Assembly (NCBI RefSeq): GCF_044704955.1
Contig: NC_091984.1
Location: forward strand, 145,142,001 to 145,206,000
DNA from: Pristiophorus japonicus
Taxonomy: Eukaryota
Reading direction: 5' to 3'
DNA length: 64,000 nt
The position numbers were made by a program, and so were the translations under genes. The notes beneath the pieces are model-generated. The model did no database searches, was not told the DNA's origin, and saw only the letters and a list, made by a program, of their open reading frames with translations. This document shows positions 48,947-60,492 of this stretch, piece after piece (within the stretch, counting starts at the first letter, position 1; each line of letters opens with the position of its first letter).

Positions 48947-51699
48947 CCAGGCCACCTGGAGACCGGTGATGGTTGTACATAGCTCTAATTTTAGTTTAAG
49001 GCAGCTGACTGCAACATTTTACATTTTAAGGTTTAGTTTAGAATTGAAGTTAATGTTGCAGTAATGTTAAGGTGATTATTTTGAGTTTGTCTTGTGTGTC
49101 AGCCAGCCTGAGAGCAGTTCTCAAGGGCAGGATCTAGACATTACCGGGTGATGGACAAACCTCAGGAGACCAATTGATGTTGTTTAGTTTTAATCTATGT
49201 TTTCTTTCCTGCTGTAATGTGGTTGTACATTGCCTATATGCTGGTGAATATAATGTAACTGAAATGAAATGTAACTGTGCTGAAATGCAATTGTAGTAAT
49301 TGAACCCCCTCCAAGCTGGGAGGGTATAAATGTAAAAAGTTTTTACCTGTAAAGGGAAAAGTGTGCATCTATGGTGATGTTGCATAAGTGTAATGCATTT
49401 TGGCTGTTAGTTTAGCTAATTTACGGGGAAGGTTATCTCTTGGGAGTCAGGAACTTTGCTCACCTCGAAGGATGATACCATAAGTGATATGGTATCACAG
49501 GGGGGAATGTAGAATTTACCAATATCTTGCAAAGATTCCAGGTACCTTTCTCCTGCAGAGGAGAAGAATCACTTTCTGGACTTTTTAAATGAAAGGAAAA
49601 CTTTGGGACACAAATTAATTTTAAAGGGGCAGACGAGGCCTGCAGGGGATAAAAGGGGATGCATTCATGGAGACCACCCCCCCAGTGTTTGGACTCATAG
49701 GAAAGGGAATTTAATTTGGAACTATCTACCAGAAAGTTTGAAATCCTAAAGTGCACATGGAAGAAACTACGAACTTTAATCGAATTTGGGATTTTTAAAA
49801 GGTGTATGTTGGGTCTGCAAAAAAGGGGTGGAGTCAATATCTAAAGGGCCAGTTTGGACATTGGAACTAATCAAATTGTCTGGGAACTGTATACCCTCGA
49901 AACTTGCCCCTTGAAAACATTAGCATTTAAACAATGCCACATACATATTCCAACACCTTTTCAACAGGCATGGAAATATCTGGCTCAGGCCAGACTAGCA
50001 CAATGGAGAGCTCATCAACTTCGAAAAGACTATTAACGCCAGATTAAAACCACTTAATCAAGTTTCAGTTAGCTGGGCTAGATTTGATGGGAGATAACGG
50101 AGCCTTTTTTTGTGGGTATATCTATTCCCAGTTTTACCAAGGAACAGACTCGAACAGCAGAACACAGACTCAAACATAGACAGACACAAGCAGCCGGAAG
50201 TGGGGAGTGAAGAAATGGAGTAGTGAAGGAAACTACAAGAAATCATCAAGGACCGACTGAGCACGAGGCCCACGAAATGGAAGATTGTCAGCAACCAAAT
50301 TGACAACCCGGGCCACCACAACTAGCAAAACGACCAACCAAAACCAACTCAGCAAAAACCGAAGAATCGACATTTATTTCCACTCTACAATCTACTTAGG
50401 AATGGCCAACGGGTGAGAAATTACCAAAAGGGACTAACTAAACTATTCCTAACCAAAGAAAGTGGGTACTTACCCCATACATCCAAAACGCAACTTACCG
50501 CATCAACGGACGCACCCCAACCGAAGACTACACAGTCCGAAGTCCTCTCCTCCGACCGGGGTACGGCTCACCTAGAAGGCCAAGTGCAGCGAACCCCGAA
50601 ACCGCGATTCACCGGCAACTGTCGAAAGGGATTGGTGAGCATGGCCCCTGAACCCACAGAGCTATAACTTAGTTAGTTAGGGGAATTGGGGGAGGGAGGC
50701 TGGGATAACTTGTGTAAATGTATCTGCATTCGCCTCTTTACCCCATTTAGAGTTTAAGCTGTATTCTTTTCCTCACAGACTGTAATTGGACAATTTATTC
50801 AATGTGTTGTACCCCTCAGTGTGTATTGGTCTGTGTGTGTTATTAAAGGTGTGCCTTTTACTTATTTTTAAGCACAATAAAGCCATACCTGCTTCCTACC
50901 TTGAAACCGATTGTCTGTCCAAGTCTGTCACAGTCCCTTCATAATTCCAGTGTCTAGTACCAAGGGTGTGGGAGCGATTCGGAACCGCTCATATAAGGTC
51001 AGAAGGGAAAGCTGACCCCCTGAAAACCACCCCTTACATAACAGATAAAAGGATGAGGACCCCTGAATTGGGGACAATAGATGGGGAATCCCGTCTAGTT
51101 GCCCTTGAGAAGGTGGGGATGGGGCCACTTCTTCAAACGCTGCAGTCCACCTGGTGAATGTACCCACAGTGCTGCGCTCGGCAGCATCTTTCAGTATCGT
51201 GACCCCTTGACGGTGCCAGCAAATATCAGCGGGTAATATTTTGCAATGTTGCTGATCTTTTGCAATGAGCAAAACCTGTCAATAATTTATTGATCGAAAG
51301 TCGGCAGCATGATAAACATTTCGAAATCAAGTCATCCCAAACCATTATTCGTCAAACCACCAATGTATTCAACAATTCGAGCAGTGTTTCAGTGAGTTAT
51401 TAATTTCCTGCCCGCCCTACTTAAACAGAGTTATATTTTAAACTGTGGTGACACTTCATTAACAATTCATTTGGTTATAAAATGACTGCGAACAAGGCCA
51501 CGTGTTTCTATTTTCCAGGGTTGTGCAAGGATCGAGACTCAGAAATCAAATGTCCAACATTCATCGAATCTAAGCACCAATGTTATCAGCTCAAAATAAA
51601 AATAATACCATTGCTACTTTACTTTAATGTGTATATTTGATCCACTTTCCATCCCGTCTGTCTCAGGATTGACTGCTCGTGCAATGTTCCGAATATTCA

Positions 51700-54600
51700 T
51701 ATTGCAATGTGTTTTATACCTGACGGCAAATTTATAATCATTGATTTTTTGCGGCCATAAGTGGACTTTCTCCTAGACTTGGTTTCAGGAGCTCCTTGAC
51801 AACACGGAACTGTGAACGGCGACCCACACAACACAGATTCCCTTTCATTTCCCAGAACTACAGTGTGATGTAACACTTGTGACTGACACACTAACAGTTT
51901 TGGCCCATCGCCGGCTCTCAGCAGATACTTACTTCCGTTCCCTAGAATACCTAGTAATATAAATCAATGTCAATTCAAACCATGTGACTTGTCATGGAGT
52001 ACAGTTACTGTCAGTCCCAGTTAAAGGTGAGGGAGAGAAGGGAGGCAGAGAAAGTCAGCAGGAGAAGGCCAGCCCGATTCTCCCAGCACAGCCCGGCTCC
52101 CTGTCTCTGCCACAGATCTGCCACGACATAAACTGACAACATGCCACTGTGTGAATCCTCCCATTCTCACTGAGAGACATCATCCTGATACACGCAAGGT
52201 ATAACATCACTGGGTCTTTAGTTGTAGGTTAAAAGAGCATTATAATATCAACACACATATTCCAAAGGGAGAGAGAGAAAAGGGAGCAGGTGATATTTCT
52301 GAATTTCTGACACTAACCGGAAATCAGCAACAAATACTGAGTGCAGGGCAAACAGCAAGTTCCCAGAGCCGGCAGAAGGGCAGTAATACAGTGGGCACGG
52401 ATTCACACAATTAGTAACAGCTTACAGTGACTTGGCGGGGACTGTAAGGACTGCAAGAATACAATCACAGACCATTTGATACTCTGGAGTTTACACTCAC
52501 ACTGAACATGGATTTAGATGAATGTAACTCCCGCTTCAGAAATGGCGATGACTCGGGGTGTGGAGACAGGGAAAGAAGTGAGTGATACAATTTGAGAATA
52601 TGGCGATAAACAACGTGAACTAAAGACATCTCCAGTCACACTTCCAGCAGCAGACGGGATATGCATTGACCAGAACCGCGAGGAGACTTTGCCCGACAGT
52701 GTCAGTGTATTATGATGTCAATGAACATATTACACAGGGAAGGCAGAGGAAAAGGAGAAGATGATATTCAGCACATTTCTGACAGTGAGCGCTGAGCAGC
52801 AAAACAAAAGCTTCGGAAGAAACAGAACAATCTCTCGGGCCCGCAGCAAGCGCAGTCATAAAGTGAAGCCCTGCTTCACAGAGCAAGTCATTTCAAAAGC
52901 AGTTCCCGGGATACTGAAAGCAGCCTTTCGAACTGGAACAGGTGACAGGGATATCAGCCAATGGGACCGCACTGAAGCAGGCCATTCGACCCATTGTAAC
53001 CGGGCCTGCTCCCTGAAAGATCTGGCCAATTCATCCATGTCGCTGCTTCTTCCCCATATCCCAGAAAGTTTTATTTGTCAAGTAGATAACCAATTCTCTT
53101 CTGCGAGTGATTATTGCATCTGCCGAGCCAACCTCTCAGGCAATGCATTCAAGATCAGAGCAATAAATTCAACTGGGTTTGTCTCTGAGAATTGACGGTG
53201 ACCTTGGTGCTGGACACAGGGCGACAACTGACCCTGGGCCTTGATATATTCCAAAAAGCCTTATTGTTACAGGCGCCTATCTTCCAGTGCGATCATTGGG
53301 CTGCATTGACCCTGGAAGTGGAGACAGTCAGTGGGGCAGTCAGACTCGCTTCACTCTGAGCTTACTGACTTACATCTTTCAATAGACTGTAGACTTTTAC
53401 AATCTAACAGCCAAAATATCCGAGTTTTAAGCTGCTCACATTTCTTTCACATTAAACCTGGGAGGTTGTGTCGCATCCGGTGGCGGGAACTCATTGACTG
53501 AATGTGAGATGTCAGTTTCCTGTTGAAGTTGCATATCCATCGGACCGAACGGTTTAACATTGGCCGCTTTCACACACTGGGCTCTGACACACGGAACTGT
53601 AACTGTGCGGGAGAAGAATGTAAGACAGACACAGATTATGGGGCGGAGTGACAGGACTGCATCAAGTTGTGAAAGGTTGGGAGATGGGAGGTAGAAGCAC
53701 ATTGTTCCCAGTGGATGGGGGCTCAAGGAGGAGGCACCAAAGGCACTAGACATTTGGAATAAGGAACAGGACAAACTTCCCAACAAATAGTTGTGAGGTT
53801 GTGAGATTCAGTTCCAGGGTTTGTGTATAAGCAGCAAATATGTCCACATAAAAGTGGATGGGATAGGTGTGTGAGGGAAGGGGTGATGAGGGATGTGGGG
53901 ACAGAGGGGTAAATGCCATTCTCACTAGCTGCTCACTATAAGGATCTGACGGGATTTTAAATGTGAATTTGAATCGGGTGTTGAGCGGCTGTTTCTGGAT
54001 GTGTGTGGAGCGGGAATCAGAGGGGGAGAATCTGGGCCAATTTCAAACATACTGAGTGTACAGTAATTGTCAGACATTCCCGGCTGTTACAGCAGGTGGA
54101 GGGGAAGGAGAGGCTGTCTGTTGTAATGTGAATAAACCCATTGTATCATAAACTGCGCGGATTCTCAGCTATAATTGCACCAGTCCCAATGTCAGTAAAT
54201 GAAGGAAATAAATGATGTTTAAAATTAACATTCTAATGTCAATAAAACGCTCAGTTAAGGAACACGGGAGAGCGGGAAATATATTCACTGAATTTCTGAT
54301 AATGAATGGACTTGGAAAAACGCAGCGAAAAAGGACAGTTACCGAGATAGGATCAGTAATGTAGTTAACCCCTGGTCTGAACATTTAGTCCCGGAATATA
54401 GTCACTTCCCGGGGATTCCAAGGAATGCTACAATGGGACAGTAAATCATTCCTGTCTGTGTCAGTGTCGGTAGCACGGTGAATGGATAGGCGGTGAACAG
54501 ATCTCTCATTCTGACAGAGAAGTGATGGTGACTCTTGGCTCTGGACACAGGGCTCCAACTGACTGTCAGATGTGAGATTGAGGGAAATTCCTTATTTATA

Positions 54601-54900
54601 ATCAAGGAACACCTCCCGTGGGATCAGCAAATAGCAACATTGACATTACTTCCAGTCAGTGGGACAGCGGGACATCCCCCTTCATGGAAAGGTGTTATGT
54701 AAGTGTTTATAAATTGATGTTGGGTGTTATGAAATGAAACAGCCCAAAGATTGGAATAATATGATGGTCCCATGTCCATGTCTGGAAGTACTGAAAGCCG
54801 GGCCCCTGAACCACAAACAGCTCCCTTTTCCTTCTGTGCTGGGACCCGGCTCACACATGGCCATGCACCAATTGCATTCCCCCAATTCTCAGACACCTCT
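51700..54900 (-). pseudogene. Possible decayed fibronectin type III repeat gene (FNDC7-like)
   Basis: Successive minus-strand FN3-like fragments: NWGNAIGA...PDMDMGPSYYSNLWAVS, PSISHLTVSWSPVSRA...GMIY...GIPG, RVSCRPVSS, TVPCV, TVPCC; 53197-53232 and 54527-54563 are paralogous. Confidence 0.3.
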
Positions 54901-55884
54901 CAAGGTTTCATACCGCCCCCGACCATGAGAACTCGCTCTTGTTCATCTCACACTGAGCTTTCACAATTGGAATACCAATCTGTGTCCTTAGAACAGGAAG
55001 AGGTCGGGCTTTCGACCAACAGGAGGAATAAAGTAACATTCAAACCTCAGACAGAACAATGTGCCCAGGCCCTGAAATAACCTGGGTTTGATAAGGATTA
55101 GGAGCAGGAGGAGGTCATTGGGCCCCTCGACCCTGCTCCACCATTTAATGAGATCATGGCTGATCTGAAATGTCAGTGGAATTAAAATGCTCTGAATGTT
55201 TCAGGGGATGATACAGACACCAGACGCCGGACAGGTGGGAACCGAGGTATAGGGACCCGGACAATATTGCAATAAGCTCTGCCAAGTGTGAAGCAGGATG
55301 TGTCTGGAGATCTCCGTCCCCCAGGATGCTGCGGTGGGTCCAACGTTTGTGCTCAGCTCATTATTGTCCATTATTATCCATTCTGTGCAGGCCCACTTTG
55401 ATCCTTTCAGTAATATAGGATATTAGGACTAGGGATATAGTAACATTGGGAACAGGAGCAGGCCATTCGGCCCATTGGGTCTGCTCCCCATTCACATAGA
55501 TCCTGGCCAATCTGCAGGCCAGCTCCATTTTCCCTCCTTGCTCCATATCAAGTGATACCCTTATCTAACAAATATCTTCCATCTCAGCCTTGGAAGCCCC
55601 ACTTGGCCCTGTATCCACTGGGGTGGGAATACCCACATTCCCACTACACTTCCTGCCGAAAAGTGCTTCCGGACCTGGCTCCTCAAAGGCCTAGATCTAA
55701 TTGTACCTTTATTTCACCAGGTCTTTAATCCCACACCAGAGGAAATAGTTTCTCTGCATCGACCCGATAGAAATGGTTCACATTTTACACAACACTATCA
55801 GATCACCCTCCAGTCCCCTATACTGCAGTGAATTTATGTCATATTTATGCAATATTTAGCCACTAAAACCTGGTAATATTCTGT

Positions 55885-56036
55885 GCAGGAAGGTTCTCTT
55901 CCCTTCTAATGGGCGGGAGGGACCTCCACAGGAGACCAATGCAGCCTGGTTGCACAATGCACAGGACTCAAGCGGGAATGTCATCAGAGGACCTGGCTGC
56001 AGTGGTGCAAACCTTTCAATGATCTCAGTGGATCAC
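55885..56036 (+). pseudogene. Myb/SANT exon relic of a third Harbinger-family element (continues after the Gypsy insertion)
   Basis: RKVLFPSNGR..PPQETNAAWLHNAQ...TWLQ..K.FNDL across frameshifts. Confidence 0.6.
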
Positions 56037-56040
56037 AAAC

Positions 56041-59000
56041 TATTATTTATGTATACTTGTATTTACTCTGTACAGCCATCAGAGGGCTTATCCCCTGGAG
56101 TCCCAAAGGATCCCATAATCTCTTGGGAGCACAGGTATTTAAGGAGGCTTCACAGGTTAGAGAGGCACTCTGGAGACCTGCAATAAAAGACTAAGGTCAC
56201 ACTTTACTTTGAGCTCACTGTTCAGTCTGACTCTTTCTCCATACACAACAACTGACGACGAGATACAGATAGTGAACCCAAAGATGCAGAGAACAGTGGG
56301 CATCCTGGAGAAATTCTCGGAGGAAGATGATTGGAAAACTTTTGTGGAGTGACTCAACAAATACTTCATGGCCAATGAGCTAGATGGGGAAGAGAGCACT
56401 GCCAAACGAAGGGCAAAACTCCTCACCATCTGTGGGGCACCAACTTATGGCCTCATGAAGAATCTGCTCACTCCAGCGAAACCCACGGAGAAATCGTACG
56501 CTGATTTGTGCATACTGGTCCGAGAGCATTTGAACCCAAAGGAAAGCATTCTGATGCTGAGTTATCGGTTCTACACCTGCAAAAGGATCTGAAGGCCAGG
56601 AAGTGGCGAGTTATGTTGCCGAGCTAAGACGCCTTGCAGGACATTGCGAATTTGAAGGACATTTGGAGCACATGCGCAGAGACTTTTTCATATTTGGGAT
56701 TGGCTATGAAACCATACTTCGCAAACTTTTGACTGTAGAGACCCCAACCTTAATTAAGGGCATAGCGATAGCCCAGGCGTTCATTGCCATCAATGACAAT
56801 AGGAAGCAAATCTCTCAGCACCAAATTGCTGCTACAAATACAGTGAACAAACTGATGTTGTTTTTGAATCATAACGTACAGGGCAGGTCACACATACCTG
56901 CAGCTACATGACCGCAGATGTCTCAGAGTCCACCATCAAGGGTGATGAGTGCAAGCTATTAACACCTTGTTGGCGCTGCGGGGGTGATCATCGCTTCTAT
57001 TCATGCCGATTCAAAGACTACGTTTGCAGGGAATGTAGTACAATGGGACGCCTCCAACGAGTGTGCAGGTAAGCTGCAAAGCCTGTTAAATCTGCAAACC
57101 ACCAGAGGAGGACAGATCCACACAGGATCACGATGAACCAGAGCCTCAGATCGAGGAGGCAGAGGTACATAGCGTGCACATATTCACCACGAATTGTCCC
57201 CCGATAATGCTGAATGTTGAACGAAATGGACTCCCGGTCTCAATGGAGCTGGACACGGGCATGAGCCAGTCCATCATGCGCAAAATGACTTTCAAAAAGT
57301 TGTGGTGGAACAAGGCCTCGAGGTCAGTCTTAACTCCAGTTCGCACGAAACTAAGAACTTACACGAAAGAACTGATTCCTGTAATCGGCAGTGCTACCAT
57401 AAAGGTCTCCTACGATGGAGCGGTGCAAAAGCTACCACTCTGGGTGGTACCGGGCGATGGTCCCACGCTGCTCAGCAGGAGCTGGCTGCGAAAGATACGC
57501 TGGAACTGGGATGACGTCCGAGTGCGATCGCCCGCTGACGACACTTCGTGTGCCCAGGTCTTAAACAAATTTTCTTCTCTGTTTGAACCATTCATCGGGA
57601 AATTCCAAGGATCAAAAATGCAGATCCACCTAATTCCGGCGGCACAACCCATCCATTACAAGGCGAGAGCAGTATCGTACAAGGGTAGAGATCGAGCTAG
57701 ACTGGCTGCAAAGAGAGGGCATCATTTCGCGGATCGAGTTCAATGAGTGGGCCAGTCCTATCATCCCAGTCCTCAAGGGAAATGGCACCGTCAGAATCTG
57801 TGGCGATGACAAAGTAACTATCAATTGTTTCACCCTGCAGGACCAATAGCTACTACCAAAGGCTGCCGACCTCTTTGCAATGCTGGCGGGAGGAAAGACG
57901 TTCACGAAGCTGGATCTGACTTTAGCCTACATGATGCAGGAACTGGAGGAATCATCGAAGGCCCTCACCTGCATTAACATGCACAAAGGTCTTTTTGTTT
58001 ATAACAGATGCCCGTTTGGAATCTGATTGTCGGCAGCGCTATTCTAGAGAAACATGGAAAGCTTACTGAAGTCAATCCCGCACACCGTGGTCTTCCAGGA
58101 CGACATCTTGGTCACAGGTCGGAACACAGTCGAGCACCTGCAGAACATGGAGGAGGTTCTTAGTCGACTCAACTGCATGGGGCTCAGGTTAAAACGCTCA
58201 AAGTGCATTTTCCTGGTGCCTGAAGTGGAGTTCCTGGGAAGAAGGATTGCGGCGAACAGCATCAGGCCCACCAACGCGAAGACGGAGGCAATCGAGAATG
58301 CGCTGAGGCTGCAGAATGTGACGGAGCTGCGGCTGTTTCTGGGACTCCTGAACTACTTTGGTAACTTCTTACAGGGTCTCAGCACACTGTTAGAACCACT
58401 GTACATCTTACTACGAAAAGGGGATGAATGGGTTTGTGGCAAAAGCCAAGAAAATGCCTTTGTAAAAGCGAGAAAATTGCTATGCTCAAACAAATTGCTT
58501 GTGTTGTATGATCCATGTCAGCGTTTGGTACTAGCATGTGATGCGTCGTCATATGGCATCGGGTATATATTGCAACAAGCTAATGATTTCGGGAAAATGC
58601 AACAAGTTGCTTTTGCATCCAGAAGTCTGTCTGAGGCTGAGAGAGCCTACAGCATGATTGAGAAAGAAACGTTAGCGTGTGCATATGTGGTAGAGAAAAT
58701 GCATCAATATCTGTTTGGGGTAAAATTTGAATTGGAAACTGACCATAATTAACTTATATCGCTGTTTTCCGAGAGAAAAGGGATAAATACCAACACATCA
58801 GCCTGCATCCAGAGATGGGCGCTTATGTTGTCCGCATACAACTTCGCTATCCGCCACAGGCCAGCCACAGAAAACTGCGCCGATGCTTTCAGCAGGCTGC
58901 CATTGGCCACCACAGGGATGGAATTGGCGCAGCCCGCAGATCTAGGCATGGTTATGGAAGCATTTGAGAGTGAGCAATCACCCGTCACTGCCCGACAGAT

Positions 59001-60492
59001 CAAAACCTGGACAAGCCAGGACCCCTTATTATCTCTAGTCAAAAGCTGTGTGCTTCACGGGAGCTGGTCCAGTGTCCCAGTGGAAATGCAGGAAGAGATA
59101 AAGCCTTTCCAGCGGCGCAAAGATGAAATGTCTATATATGCAGACTGCCTTCTGTGGGGCAATCGAGTAGTGGTCCCCAAGAAGGGCAGAGACACCTTCA
59201 TCAATGACCTCCACTGTACCCACCCGAGCATTGTAATGATGAAGGCGATAGCCAGATCCCACGTGTGGTGGCCCGGTATCGATGTGGACTTAGAGTCCTG
59301 CGTTCACAGATGTAATACATGCTTGGAGTTAAGCAATGTATCCAGGGAGGTGCCGCTAAGTTTATGATCTTGGCCCTCCAAACCGTGGTCTAGAGTACAC
59401 GTTGACTGTGCAGGACTGTTCTTGGTTAAAATGTTCCTTTGAGGTTGAAGAGCGTACTCCAAGTGGATTGAATGGGAGATAATTTCGGCGAGCACATCCG
59501 CTGCCACTACTGAAAGCCTGGGGGCCACCTTTGCCACACACGGCCTACCCAATGTGCTGGTGAGCGACAACGGACCATATTTTACCAGTGCTGAGTTCGA
59601 AGAATTCATGAGCCGTAACGGGATCAAACATATCACATCTGCCCCGTTTAAACCAGCGTCCAATGCGCAGGCAGAGAGAGCAGTGCAAACCATCAAGCAA
59701 GGCTTGAAGAGGGTAACTCGCCCATCCCAAGTCCTGCTTAGCTACCGCACAGGACCCCACTCACTCACTGGGATCCCACCTGCTGAACGGCTCATGAAAA
59801 GAGCACTTAAGACAAGGCTCTCGTTAGTTCACCCTGATCTACATGAACAGGTAGAGAGCAGGCTGGCTTCAACAAAGTACACACTGTGATAGCGCAAATG
59901 TGTCACGCGAGATTGAAATCAATGATCCTGTATTTGTATTCAATTATGGACAAGATCCCAAGTGGCTTTCCGTCACTGTCATGGCCAAAGAGGAGAGCAG
60001 GGTGTTTCGCGTCAAACTTTCAAATGGACTCATTCAACAGAAACACTTGGACCAATCAAACTCAGATTCACGGACTATCCTGAGCAACCCACCTTGGACC
60101 CTACCGTTTTTGATCCCCCAACATACACACGAGGGGCAACCGGCACCACGGTTGACCATGAAGCAGAACCCATCATCCGCAACAGCCCAGCAGGGCCCAA
60201 CACACCAGGGGGCAGCCCAGCAAGGCCAGCTCCACAGCAGCCCAGTGAGGGCCCAACAAATGATTCAACAGCAGCTTTCACACCGAGATGATCAACCAGG
60301 GCAAGAAGGGCCCCAGATCGACTCACATTGTAAATAGTTACACTTTTGAATTTGGGGGGATCCCTTGGGAGCGCAGGTATTTAAGGAGGTTTCACAGGTT
60401 GGAGAGGCACTCTGGAGACCTGCAATTAAAGACTAAACTCACACTTTACTTTGAGCTCAGTGTTCAGTCTGACTCTTTCTCCATACACAACA
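56041..60492 (+). mobile_element. Ty3/Gypsy LTR retrotransposon, full length, decayed
   Basis: 5' LTR 56041-56250; 3' LTR 60360-60492 lacks its 5' part; PBS TGACGACGAG (tRNA-Ser-like); gag from 56284 with zinc knuckles; ELDTG, FQDD, LACDASSYG, LVSDNGP, AERAVQTIK. Confidence 0.95.

Larger units (their letters stand above)
41425..51038 (+). mobile_element. Retrovirus-like LTR element with 1.5-kb LTRs, gag-pol and no env (lokiretrovirus-like candidate)
   Basis: LTRs 41425-42937 and 49508-51038 (TGTA...TACA), highly similar; PBS TGGCGACCTCGATGGG at 42941 (tRNA-Arg-like); polypurine tract GGGGGGAA; no clean 4-6 bp TSD. Confidence 0.93.

Noticed and set aside
41420-51043. TSD for the 9.6-kb provirus
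   Set aside because: Flanks AATAA and TAACA share only TAA; no convincing 4-6 bp duplication
53185-53225. Minus-strand STKVTV resembling a J segment
   Set aside because: No FGxG, no valid RSS and no splice donor
54510-54575. Minus-strand RVTIT (V framework-like) and plus-strand LQLTVR/gtgag (J-like)
   Set aside because: No flanking Cys, Trp or FGxG in frame; better explained by chance or the FN3-like relic
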